64,000 bases of DNA from Macrostomum lignano (lineage: Eukaryota), in the NCBI GenBank assembly GCA_002269645.1, contig NIVC01001170.1, positions 1-64,000 of the forward strand. Reading direction: 5' to 3'. The notes under the pieces were generated by a model. The model was given only the letters and a program-made list of their open reading frames with translations, was not told where the DNA came from and ran no database searches. Position 1 is the stretch's first letter; every line of letters begins with the position of its first letter. This document shows, piece by piece, positions 36,101 to 48,134 of the stretch. A program made the position numbers and the translations under genes.

Positions 36101-36349
36101 CAGCATTTATATTACGGGCTTCACACCTACGCTAACATATCTTCAAGTCAAGTAAGTCAAATTCTATCAGCTTACCTTCGCTTGAGGCCACTGTGACTCC
36201 AATGCAGAATACTGCAGTGAAAAAATGTGTTCGGAACTTGGTAACTTTTTCTCTATTGACAGCAAAAGAACAGCAACAACAAAAGCAGAAACAAGTCACC
36301 AACCTGCAAGGAGCAGCACGCCGAGTTTTTGCATTCCTGGCGCGCTCAT
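15107..36349 (-). CDS. Mlig-ap1: Giant secreted Lys/Arg-rich adhesive protein, ap1 orthologue (signal peptide, KR-A, 2xShK, CTL, EGF, vWD, C8, TIL, ~19 EGF/cbEGF, KR-B)
   Basis: 22 exons, phases consistent: 36349-36304, 36211-36176, 36038-35982, 35894-35820, 35058-35011, 34909-34844, 34470-34414, 34306-34238, 34065-34015, 33894-33817, 33730-25415, 25281-25122, 24767-24535, 24217-24092, 23292-22895, 22550-22177, 22073-21934, 21621-20891, 20744-20207, 20064-19081, 18980-18759, 18157-15107. The N-terminus [27 protein letters not shown] is a signal peptide. The C-terminus is ..[14 protein letters not shown], followed by AATAAA at 15091-15086. Exons sum to 15,856 nt, or ~5,285 aa after restoring two 1-nt deletions. 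The name rests on my recollection of the published ap1 architecture (two KR regions, CTL, vWD, C8, TIL, EGFs), not on a search. Confidence 0.9.
15240..17720 (-). repeat. Coding tandem array KR-B: (G/A)RKARKN(N/R)KRR units
   Basis: 30/33-nt units in the last exon. The frame is broken at ~16975 and ~15703 by single-base losses in homopolymer runs. Confidence 0.9.
24845..25068 (-). mobile_element. tRNA-derived SINE in an ap1 intron
   Basis: The minus strand reads GGTGTAGCCTAGTGGTTAGAGCGTCTGACTCC..GGGGGTTCAATTC (A/B boxes), then GTGTCCTTGAGCAAAACACTTAAC..GAACAGCCGTACGCAGC. It is homologous to 63755-63975. Confidence 0.8.
25431..25676 (-). other. Two ShK (ShKT) domains within ap1
   Basis: [35 protein letters not shown] and [37 protein letters not shown] each have six Cys and end in CxxxCxxC. 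Confidence 0.85.
25720..33540 (-). repeat. Coding tandem array KR-A: SRKSSGKKR and (S/G)[10 protein letters not shown] units (~33540-27905), then [10 protein letters not shown] units (~27905-25720)
   Basis: 27/33-nt units followed by 30/33-nt units, all within one uninterrupted 8,316-nt exon (ORF track 25398..33647). Confidence 0.95.
35140..35765. repeat. 9-bp G-rich minisatellite (CAGGGGAAG/CAGGGGAAT) filling an ap1 intron
   Basis: Directly visible between micro-exons 4 and 5. Confidence 0.95.
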
Positions 36350-37505
36350 CTTCTTCCCGGCTTCGTCAACTTTCTACTTGAGCCGACTCAACCAGGCCGT
36401 CTTATTTCCAACAGAGATCTACTTAGTAAATGTTGAAAAGTATCTTTGCTTCACTCGAACGGAGCTGCGGTCTTGTAGTTGCTAACCAAACTATTTGCAA
36501 GATTGGTCGTTAGAAAATCAAATCTCGGACGAGACTTTCAAACGAGCGTGAAGGAGCGGTGACTCCGATCCGCAAGGTCAATTTATAACAAACTTGGTTG
36601 GCGCCGTTTTGACCAGCTGTCGCGTCAAAAACGAGACCCGTTTTCGACCACACCCACTGCAGTGGACGCTATGCCGGTCGTAAAAACCTGCTGCGGCTGC
36701 GATCGCCCACATTCGCTAAAGAACTGCTTCAAAAGAAAATTTTCACTCGTCAGCAAATTTTTTTAAAGTAGAAAAAAGTGTTTTCTCCCCTTTGACGGCA
36801 ACAGCCGATCATCGATTTTATTTTTTCGGATTTACGCAAATGCTCGTCAGCTCATTCGCCACACAGGCAGCTAGCGACAGCTTGTTAGTCATCGTAAAAT
36901 CTTTCTGCAATATCGAATCTGTTGCTACGTGGCGGTCGCTTGAAAATTTCTGCTTACCTTTCATTTTTTCTGTCGTTTATTGCTCAAAACGTTTTTATAG
37001 TTTCAGAGGAGGAATAAAGTACCGAAAAGGCGCGAACTAAATTTTGGTGGATTAAAGTTCTGTAAACTTACGAATTTACCTTCGTCTGATAGTAGCCTAA
37101 AGCTGAATTGTCGCCCTAAAGATGGCTTGTTTGTTTGGGGATGCTTGAACTAAGGACCACTGTACAATCGTAGTATACCAGAACGTAAAACTCAAGATCC
37201 TTGATCTATGCAACATGTTGATTTATCACTGATTATTATGCGATGAAAAAATGATTGTTTCCTATCCCCGCAGTGAATTTTTTCAGGGAATAGGCCTCCT
37301 AAAATTACACGATCTTCGAGTTTTGCGTCCTGTTATACTATATATACGATTATGCCTGATGCAACACATGATGTACATATGAGGGGACATGCCAATGCTT
37401 TGTCCCCCGGCCCCCCACCCCACCTTGTTGACCCATTATGGAAATCAATAATTTTGCTTCAGGGTGACAAAACGTAGCGCCTGCAGGATCAAAATAAGTG
37501 CATGT

Positions 37506-37660
37506 GGCGCTAAAATGAGTGCCTGTGGCGCTAAAATGAGTGCCTGCGGCGCTAAAATGAGTGCCTGTGGCGCTAAAATGAGTGCCTGTGGCGCTAAAAT
37601 GAGTGCTGGCGGCGCTAAAATGAGTGCCTGCGGCGCTAAAATGAGTGCTTGCGGCGCTAA
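37506..37660. repeat. 21-bp tandem repeat (GGCGCTAAAATGAGTGCCTGT)
   Basis: About 7 copies; probably internal to a MITE ending GGCGACGCCCCTG near 37780. Confidence 0.85.
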
Positions 37661-37834
37661 AATGATTGATGATAACACAGATTCGGAAATAATGTACATT
37701 TAGGAATTTAGTCATGTACATGTACATGTATAATTCTCGGCTTTTGTCCTCCCCACTATAAAATCCATGGCGACGCCCCTGGTTAAGTGAGTTGGCTTAA
37801 AATTTCATATCATCTACATGTATAATGTACAGTG

Positions 37835-39406
37835 CAAGGACAACTTGATAACTCAGGACCGGAAACGAGCCAATTCATGGCGAAAAAAGTATGAGGCTCG
37901 TTTAAAAGCATTGTTCTATGGTTTACCATACTAACAACGCTTCAGTCAAAGATTGATTGTTTAACGATGATTGAAAATTTTGCCATAGACAATTTATTTT
38001 ATATGTATTGTACTAAACGTTCAATGCATGAAAAACATTAGGAATAGAAAATCATAGGAAAGCTACGCATTTTAACACATGCGCTAACAAATACATGGAT
38101 GAACAAAACAAAAAGCATAGATGAACTAAATACGCATTTTAACACAAACTGTGCGTTAACAAATTAAGCGTGAAAAAACGTAGAATACGCATTTTTACAT
38201 ACATTTAAACAAATTAAGCGTGGAAAAACGTAGAATACGCATTTTTACATACATTTAAACAAATTGAGAGCATAGAAAAACGTAGAATATGCACTTTACA
38301 CACACGTCACCAAATTGAGCACAGAGAAACAGAATACGCATTTAAGCACACATTTAAGCAAAACCAAGCATAGAATAAACATAGAATGCATTTTAAAATG
38401 TGTGTAGTGAAGCATTAAAAGCAATTAGCTAATTGTTATGACACATCAGCATTTATCAAATCACATTTCTTCTCCCGTGACTTACGTCCCCTTGATTTAT
38501 TGAAAGGTGCAATTATCGAATTTGCCGTTGAAATTGAGAATGATGCTTGTTTTCTCGTCACGGTCCTTAGTTGTCATCTGCACGATCTCAGATGTATCAG
38601 CAGCATCACCCACGTCACGACAGCAGCTACGGAAGCTCCGGTTGAAACATTGACATGGGATTAGAATGTATCCAGAACCGAATGGTCATCCATCGTAGGA
38701 TCTTCTAAGAAACGGATGAACTCCGCTAGGTCAGCGTCGCCAGCGTGGTCGGTTGCACTCAGCAGAGAAAGGAAATCCATTTCGCTTGAAGACACTCCAT
38801 TAACTAGAGAATCAGTAGGCAGATTTTTCCATTTTATTAGATGCATTTTAGTGGTTGATGTTAAAGCAAGCAAGCTTATATCAAGCCACAGTCCCCTGCA
38901 TTTCTCTACTCTATATTCACTCGATAGTCTATGGTACAGTTGGAATCGCTCCATAGCGCTTCCTATGGCAGTGTCGATGTCGTTGTCAATGTCTATGGCC
39001 AAAACCTGCGCAGTCTAGGACGTTTCTGATTCGCTGAGACATCGTTAAACAATCGGCGTTAAACAACGCTTCAGCGTTAAACAATGCTTCTAGTCGAGTA
39101 TGCTAAACGATAGTGACAATAAGTCTATACATACGGTACTTACCTCTAGTACCGTATGTATAATCTCCCATTGTGTATTTTCACGACGGTTACTTTATGT
39201 AATAAAACTATTCAACATTTAAGAAAACCGACCCTGCACCCGCCTTCTGACTGCCTATCAAAAAGTCAAATATGATACGAGTATACATTGGCAACTGAAA
39301 GCATGCGCATACGCACGGGCCATAGAACAATGCTTTTTAACGAGCCTCATACTTTTTTCGCCTTGAATTGGCTCGTTTCCGGTCCTGAGTTATCAAGTTG
39401 TCCTTG
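37835..39406. mobile_element. Non-autonomous DNA transposon (P- or hAT-type) with 87-bp TIRs and an 8-bp TSD
   Basis: TIRs at 37835-37921 and 39320-39406 (CAAGGACAACTTGATAACTCAGGACCGGAAACGAGCC...) differ by about 2 mismatches. GTACAGTG flanks both ends (37827-37834, 39407-39414). Confidence 0.9.
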
Positions 39407-41030
39407 GTACAGTGATATATGCGTATAGGACTTGGGTTTTAAAATTGACATAAAAATCGGTTTGCAGAAACTATACATTATAAGGTAGGATTAAATTGAC
39501 CCTGCAGAACATAAAACTATCGAGATTGTAAAATTCAAATCAAACAGTTTAACTTTTGCTACATGTACATTCTACGAATCCCACGGCAGATGCACATGCA
39601 AGAGTATTTGACTGCTAACAAGTATCCTCCTGGGATGTACAGTAGTATAAAGAATCAACAAAATGTAAATGCATGTTGAAGTAGAGGCGTACATGTAGTA
39701 AGAACAGCTTATGTATGTGAGCGTACTGCAATCTTAAAATATAGTACATATATGTACTTGTGGCGTGTAAGTCATTTTCCTCGAAAGACCCGACATTACA
39801 TGCACAATGTGCAAAATGCAATCTACAAAATGCAATCTGAACGTACATTGTCTTCAGTTTGCAACCTGAATGCAATAGTACTCCAGTGTTACAATGTCAA
39901 AGTCGGTTATTCAAGTCGGCATTAACTTTGAAAATTTTCAAATGTCTTTCGAAATGTCTACGAGTACGTAATAAAGATACTGTAGTTAATGTTGATATTC
40001 TAAATTAAATCTATTGGAGCACTGGATTATTAAAACAAAACGACAATATTAGCACTCTGAAATATCTCAAAGTATCAGCCTAAATACAGTAACAAAGACC
40101 AAGTCTAAAAAGGGCATTTATTATTTTTAATATACAATTCAGAACAGAACTGGTAAGCGCACAATATTTATTAATAATATTTCAATTAGAAACGATAAAC
40201 AAGCCCTCTAAAAAGACCAACAGCCTCAATAACTACGGGACCAGGTAGGAATTTCTAGCAGTTAAAAACCCTGAAATAAATATAAACAAACAATGTTGAA
40301 TTGAAATTTAATGACGCAAGTTAATAAATAATTGTATTCTTATATTATATTAACAGAATAAAATCTACTGACAATTTATCTTTGTATCCAAATAATCAAG
40401 AGTAATTTCTCAGTTAGCTTCTGAGTTGTCCCAGAACAGATGAGGGACTTCACAGCTAGGGAACAAGTTGATGACTCGGTAGGCCTTCCACCTCATAAAC
40501 CAAAAGCTTGTGCATACGCAAGACTGACGGCTGAGTTAAAATAGGATTCACAACACAAGTTTGTAGCAGAGTAAACTATTATAGTAGAGATACACACCAA
40601 TGAAAATATAGGGAATCAAAGTGATTAATTAGATAACGCAAGTATTTATTAATTATTATTACACATAATTTCGGGTATTAGAAGCCGCTGCACAGTTTAT
40701 AACCTGATTACACTACTTACCAAGTAAGCAGCATCAACGGCGCCACACCCGCCGGGATTCTGAAGTAGTGTTTTTATACCTTTTCTAACTTTCAATTTAC
40801 GAAGGAACATATTTTAGTACGCTATATTTTGTTGAATCCAAACCAGACTTGATATAACTATCAGAGTTCCTCCTACTAGTGAAATGTTGCCAATAAGTTT
40901 GTGTTACACAATAATGTACATGCCAACCCCAATAATAGTAGTTTAAAAAAGTAAAAAGCCACGAATTAGATCCGACCCGTAATTAATTCTTCATCAAGTG
41001 TGCAAGGATGTCGGCACAGAGCCGGCCCTC

Positions 41031-43951
41031 TCAGTTGCCCTCGCTGGCCAGCTGGGCCATGATCTCCCGCTCCAGCTCGTCGTCTTCTTCTCCGGCAGGC
41101 CCAGCAGCAGCAGCAGCGGATTTAGTCTGCTCAGAATTGACCAGCTCAAATTCTTTCAGCTCGCGTTGCAGCTCGCCTTCCCAATCGTCCGCATCCTCGC
41201 CACCAGCTGCCGATCCGACAGCAGTGGCGGCGGTGCCGCCGCCGATTTGCTGGCGTTCAACTGAGGACAGGGCGGCTGGCTGCTGGTTTGCCAGCTCCGA
41301 GCTGGCGAAGTCGCCACAGTCCGCTCCGTCGTTGTCGTCGTCATCCTCGTCGGCAGCTCCAGGGATGGCTGCTCTTGGAGAGTCTCTCGACGAAGCCGGG
41401 GAGGACCGCAACTGCTGCTGCTGCAGATAAGCCGACGAAGACGAAGGCGGAGGCGAGACTTTCTCGTAGCCGGCGTCGCTCGAAGTCGACGCGGAATCGG
41501 CGGCAGCGGCTCCGCCGGCATTCGCAGCCGCGGCGACTGCCGAGGCTGAACCGCTGAAGGCGGCATTGGATCTGGCCAGGGCCGACAGCTGCGAGGACTG
41601 ACGGATGAGGCTCACCTGGGCGATGAGGCACCGGGGGAGGGGTGCTGAGACTGGGCCAGTAAAGGGCAGCAATAAAACAGCATCAAAGTAATTTGGGGAA
41701 AGAGGAGGTTGAGCCCTGTGAAAACGGTCAAGAAGCGCCCCAGAGTTGTTGCAGGTGGTACAGGTAAAATAAGACAGACAAAGAAGTGATTTTCAACGTT
41801 TTTTAAACGACGAGATGTCACGTTACAAGTCGGCAAGAAGTCGTCAAAGAGTTGCCCAAGAGTCGAGTTGAGGCGTTTTAGTCTGCGACGCCAGTGACTC
41901 TGGCGCGACGGTATAGCGACTATCATACATGCTTAACACCTGGCCGATTCGGCCGGGTGGCGAGAGGTCTGGCCAAAGTAAATCGCAAGAATGCTAATCC
42001 GAAAAAAACGTTGTACCAATTAGATGACGAGGTGATTGGCCTTAATAATACAGTTATAGTTACTCCTTTCGTTTACCCAAAATTACGGTAATTTTTGCTT
42101 CAGGGTTTTTTCATAGGCAAGTCGCATTTTTGGTCAAAAAGTAAGTCGCACGGCCGGGTGAAACTTTAAAGCTAGGCATGTATGGCGACTATGGAGCGGA
42201 AGAGTCGTAGTTGAGGCGTGCTAGATTTGCTGAAGTCACTGAGTTGTGTTTGAATTTGCGTCGCTTGATGAGTTATGAGTCAAGTCTCTAGCAAAGTTTA
42301 GCGCTAACACAATGCCTATTGGACGACTCACGTTTTCAAACTCAAACTTAAATCAATTCAAACTCTTACCCTATAGAAATAATTCCGCCAGAATTCGGCC
42401 TCTTTAACGCGTTTCGGCACCAATTCGAATCGCATCTTGCGCAAATTATCGTCAACTTCTAGCGTTGCCATGGCAACAGGCGAGCAGGACTCCAAATCGA
42501 AGGAGAAACTGGCGCCCTGCGGCGGACTGCGCAGAAAATTCCTAGTATCCTTGCTCAGAGCCAGAATCTGCTCGCGCAGCTGCTCTTCGTTCTCGTAGCC
42601 AACCCAGGGCGGCACGGCGGCCTCGGCCCGCGCCCGGCGCTCCGACTGGCTGCTGGCGAATTCCTTCTGCTGCCGATCGAACTCTTCGACAATGTTGGGC
42701 GCCGCGGCCAGCTGCTTGGCTTTGCTGGTGACACTGGTTGTGGCTCGCTTGCCGAACGTGTAGATATATGAGCCAAGGTCCTTGGCCGTGTGCAGCAGCT
42801 CCTTTGACGGGTCCTTCTGCTGCTGCTGGTGTTCAGTTGGGGAATGAGAATGGCTAATTAAGAGATATTCAACGAATTGAACGCGAAGGCTGAAGGTTCA
42901 GAAGCTCCGCGTGGGTGAAGGTCAGTGACTAACGAAGGGATATTTGATGCAGACAAATTTGGTCGACATGCTGATAAAATTTAAAGGCTTGGCAAGGCAG
43001 CACATTTGCGTGTAAGCTACTTTCAGTTCAGTAGTAAGTTACGCTTAAAGCATTTTAATGTGTCTTTTTAAGACAAGGCTCTTTTGTTGGCTCTTACCCC
43101 CGTCAGGCATAAAACCTTAAACTCCCAATTTTTATTACCTTCCTCGGTTGTTCCAGCTCTAATCTGCCATGTACATTTCAGACTCAGTGGCTAATGTAAA
43201 TTATGGCTGAACCAATTAGCAAGCTGTTTACGTCTGAAAGCTTGGCTTCTAAACTTATCAGTCATCTCAATTGCCTTTATTCTCTTAAAATAGCTTATAT
43301 ATTCTTCATTGCTACTGAACTGAAAGTAGAAAGCTGTTTTGCTAAGCATTTATGCCTGAGTGGCCTATCTAGACACTCAGTATCTGTGGGCTGCACTGAA
43401 TACACTGACTGGTGCTTATGGGAAACATCAAACCTTCTGACAGAATCGTTGAATATCTCGACCGTCTGGAGGGCTGGCGACTTGATTCTTGTTTGAGAAA
43501 GTGCGAAAAAATTTTCAGGGGAGGGGGATACCCTTTGGTAGTTTTAATGTTAAAAAGGATATTTTTTTCAATTTTGTACCGTGACTGATGACGCAAAAGT
43601 CAGGGACACTATACACCTGTAAGTATGGTCCATGATCACTAAAATAGTTTTAAATTTTGGCTGCCATTCAAGCTTAAGTATTTCTGAATATGCTTAGAAA
43701 AATTTAATACAAATTAGTTTATGAGCCTATATAGCTCATTGACATAGAATATAGCAAGTATCAAATAAAAGACTCTGTCTTACCCCAGTCTCCTTTCCAG
43801 AGATATTGGCATCAACATTCACACCTGGCTCTGTTTCCTGCTCAGACAGATTTTTCTTATTAGCCAAATGAGCAGCATCTTCATCATTGTCTGTTGGTGC
43901 AGCTGCTGGAGTGGCACCGGCACCCCACCAGTTTTTTACACTGGATAGCAT
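41031..43951 (-). CDS. SYAP1: Synapse-associated protein 1 / Sap47, BSD-domain protein
   Basis: Exons 43951-43784, 42825-42370 and 41615-41031, all phase 0. Motifs: MLSSVKNWWG, ELLHTAKDLGSYIYTF, AAVPPWVGYENEEQLREQILALSKDTRNFLRSPP, KMRFELVPKRVKEAEFWRNYFYR|VSLIRQSSQL. The C-terminus WEGELQRELKEFELV is also typical of the family. Confidence 0.9.
41924..42184. mobile_element. MITE, CATACATGC family, copy A
   Basis: TIR CATACATGC..GCATGTATG; 8-bp TSD GCGACTAT (41916-41923, 42185-42192). Confidence 0.85.
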
Positions 43952-44126
43952 GTTCTTTTAGCCTTTTTGTTGAATTAGACCAGCTTACATTAATAGTAAA
44001 ACAATTTATAAACCAATTAAACAATTTATAATATATATAGAACAAAGCAATGTTTAAAAAAGATATAGGTATGTCAATTTAAATATTTAAAATTTTTTGC
44101 CTTAACTATTGAATATCTTTTTTGAT

Positions 44127-44414
44127 CATACATGCGCAACTGCTGGCTGACCTGGCCGCCGTAAATTGTGGTGGACCAGGGGTAAGTCGCAAAAATGCCC
44201 ACCCCAAAGAAAAATAGAATAAGAAGAAAAGAATACAGACATAGTACTAATTAGATGACGAGGCATTTAGCCCTTTTAAGAGAGTCATAGTTACTCCTGC
44301 TGTTTACCCAAAATTGCATTAATGTTGCTCTAGGGTTTCTTTCACAAGTGTCGCATTTTTGGTCAAAAAGTAAGTCGCACGGCAAGTGTAAATCAGGGGG
44401 GTTGCGCATGTATG
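44127..44414. mobile_element. MITE, CATACATGC family, copy B
   Basis: TIR CATACATGCGCAAC..GTTGCGCATGTATG. It shares the internal AATTAGATGACGAGG..TTTTGGTCAAAAAGTAAGTCGCACGG with copy A. The TSD is imperfect. Confidence 0.75.
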
Positions 44415-45688
44415 TTTTTTTATATTTGTTTTTTGATCACTCTTTTTTATTTTATTGCATTTATTTTATACTTTTTTTTCATGCATCCACTTTATAAAGT
44501 TTGTTGGTACTTAGTTGATTGTGTTTATGAGATATTTGCCTTGTCTCTTAGCTATGTGTTGCATATACTTTAACAACAATAAATATAAAGAAACTAGTGC
44601 AAAGATAACAAAGGAAAAGATAGTTTTTTCATCGCAAGTCAAAGAGAACCCTAACTCTTGACTTAATCATGCTTTAAAAAGCTTAGTCCATATAGCCATA
44701 TATTGAGAAGTCTTCTCTTCCAATATTTAGAGAAATTAAATTATAATTAACTGATTAGCTATGCTAAGGCAAAAAATGAATTGCATTTTTGGCAATCTCT
44801 TACTTTACTACATTAAATTGTGATTTTTTTCATTAGGTCATTATGAGATTGTTATAAGTATTAAGCAAGCAAGTCAATAATAGTTTGCCACCTAGTAGAG
44901 AAAGTTGCCAAACTCTTTCCCTAGAAAAGGCAGCACAATAGATACTCATTCAATTGGCTCTCAAATAGCCATATAGTTATTTTGCAAGCTATTGTAGGTC
45001 CACAATATGTCAATTATTATGTAAATGCTAAACCTAAAAACAAGAAAACTAAATAACTTAACCACAATGAGACTGATGGCACAATTTTGTGCCAAGCAGC
45101 AAAACTGCCCCCAACTAACACCTGGCCCAGACTGGTGGATTAGAGCAGTCAAACTCTTTTCATGACTGCTCTTCTATACCACCACACCTATTCCCAACAG
45201 CTTGGTTTGATATCATGCCATGGAATTTTTTAGTTCAAGTTTTTAAGCTTGTATACAAACTTCTTGACTGAAGCAACTTTTCAAGTAGTCTTTGCCAAGT
45301 AGATTTTGACACACAGCCCTAATGTTTCTACCAGTGCAGTCAAACTTGTCTTTAGCCTTATAGCATTGTATTACTAGCAGCATTGTACTTGGACGAGCAT
45401 AGTATAAATTAAATCATAAGCTCTGAGTCTGATTCAGAGACCAACAATGTGACAGAGTCCCCAATAGTTATGATGATGAGTCTCTAAGTGACTATGAAGA
45501 GCTGTATTTAGACATACATGAAGAACAGAACCTTGTAGTTCCACCTGGTAATTGGGTGCTTATACTCTGTTTCATACCTTTATTGCATTTTTTCAAACTC
45601 TTGAATAGTTATACTGTTGCAACACCAATATATCAGGTCCATCAACATATGTTTTCTGGCTCTCTTGGTTTTCACATTATTTATACAA

Positions 45689-45842
45689 GCGCAACCTTGG
45701 GAATCACCCGGCTGTTTCTATTGGCAACACATGCATGTAAGTCGCTATTGGCTGAGAGTAGTCACGTGACTATTATTCCGTTTAATAGCAACTTACATGT
45801 GTGTTGCCAATAGAAATGGCCAAGTGAATCCCAAGGTTGCAC
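45689..45842. mobile_element. Palindromic MITE-like element, copy 1
   Basis: The arms GCGCAACCTTGGGAATCAC..ATGTAAGTCGCTATT fold back around a central GTCACGTGAC. It is homologous to 52267-52422. Confidence 0.8.
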
Positions 45843-48134
45843 CCAAGCATGACATTATTTTTACATGTTTTTTTTATCAAATATATACATAATTCCCCAT
45901 TATTTATTACTTTTTTTCAAGTAATTTTTATTACAAAACTTGTTCTTTATATAATAATAATTAACTTAGGCTTTACTAAAACTAAACATACTCTTACCAA
46001 GAATTTTTGCTATAAGAGCATACTCTGTTTATAGTAGCATCTATCTTAGCAATATAATGTATAGAATTACATTTGCTTATATACTTAAACTATATCCTAG
46101 CCTATGAGTCTATGACTAAGGCTATGAAAAACACTGAAAAAGTAAGTCACTTTAACAACAAGACAATTTTAGACCATTTTGGTGAATGTTAGGCCTAGTA
46201 TATAGGGATTGGGCTCTGTATTATTTGTGATATGCATGTGCTCCTTATTTATGGCTCATACTCTATGCATATATCTGCTTTATTGTGACTTTAATATGCA
46301 CTATTATTATGAGTTTTTAGCTCTTGAGTTAGGGTGGCTACTATTAAACCTCACTTATAATGAATTGTACTAGATTGTTTTGTCAGTGCACTTGGCTCTT
46401 TTGTCTTGCCTTGCATACTTTGCTTTCAACTTGCTCTATTTAATAGTGATTCTCAAAATACATGGTCATAGACAATTATATACCCAATGGGAAAAGGGCA
46501 GCCTTCAATTTTTTAGTCCTTTTTGATGCTAGTCTTAAAAATAATCTTTAGCATTGAAAGATAAACTACAATGTTTCTATAAGTTAAAAAGTCATTTAAA
46601 CAAAAATTCTATCAGCATATCTATATTCAGTTTTGGAAGGCAATCATTTAAATGAATTGATATACATAATTGATTTCCTATATGCTAAAAATTTGTTCTA
46701 AAATTATAAAAGAAAAAGTAACATTTTATCATTTTTTCACTCTCTTAGCAAACAATTTATTCTGCAAATATAAGTAGTGCAATTTTGGTGTGAAGAGTGT
46801 GATTCAATAAAATAGGTGCTTATTGAGTAGAGTAGGCCCTAAGTGTTCTACAAAGTAAAAAAGATAGATTGCTGAATAGAAAGGATTTCCTAGAAGTAGA
46901 CATAAGCTGTTGCAACCAAAATAGGCCTAGTGTAATACAGATATAGTATTAAGTCAAGATAGACTCTAGGTAGTACTAATAAGCCAGAAACCCCTTGGTC
47001 AATTGGTCATTGGTAATGCCATGTTGGACTATAGAAGTTGGTGATTAAGACTAAGGCCTAGTAGTCAGCAGTATCTTATCGCCTAGGCACTGAAGCTACT
47101 AAGGTAAATCATACTGACAATCAATAGCTTATACATAGCCTATGTTACAGCTATGTATGTAACAGGTAGTAGGCCTATATTAAGGCAAAAGAGGTAAGAT
47201 ATGGTAAAGTAGGAGACTTAGTAGGCCTAATAGCAACTTGGTACTGGTGGGATTACAATTACAGAAGATAGAAAAATTTCCCTGTAACAACTTGGTGGCA
47301 TTTTAGTGGGATGTACATGTATCAGAGAGAAGAAATAGATCTAGAACAAATAGGTAGTATTAAGCCTAGTGGGATATAGACTAACTACTAAGATATTATA
47401 TAATCCTACAACAAATGCCCTACTATTCTACCAGTACTACCAGATTCTACCAGAAACATCCAAATAAAGTAGGTCTAAGAAACGCCTTTAATACCTCAGG
47501 CTCAACAAAATTTTATGGTTTAGGCGGTAGGCCTAATTCACAGCACACCCTTGCCATAAAATTTTTAGGCCCTAATCAAAAAATGAATTGAAAATTTACA
47601 ACATAGGCCTAGTTCTTATATGAAACTTGCTACCTAGGACCTATCATTAAGTAGGCATAGCCTAGACTTAAGTCAACCCCTATTACTAGTATCACTAGTA
47701 TCACTAGACAGGGACCCCTATCACTATTACTAGGCCTACCTGCCTAGCAAAGCAAGCTCCCATACATAGTCATAGGCCCCTATATTGAAATTAAAAAAAT
47801 AAAATAATTAATGAAGAAAAAAGTAGATTCTGTAATTTTAAGTCACTATTCGCTAACTAGATCAGAGATTCCAATGTACACGGTACACAAAATTTGGTCA
47901 ATTACAGGATGTCTCGGGTGCACGTAATCTGACTCATCCGGAAATTAAAATAGATCGGTTAAAACACTTTAAAACAAGTTAAACACATGCAGGTACGCAT
48001 GAGTTTTGTCGTTCTTTCTTTAAAGTTTGTTCGCACATCCTTTCAGAGCATATCAATTCATGCTTATTATATTATTCTCACTTGTTACCGACGTGGCTGT
48101 TACCGAAATGGCTGTTACCGAAGTGGACTGTTAC

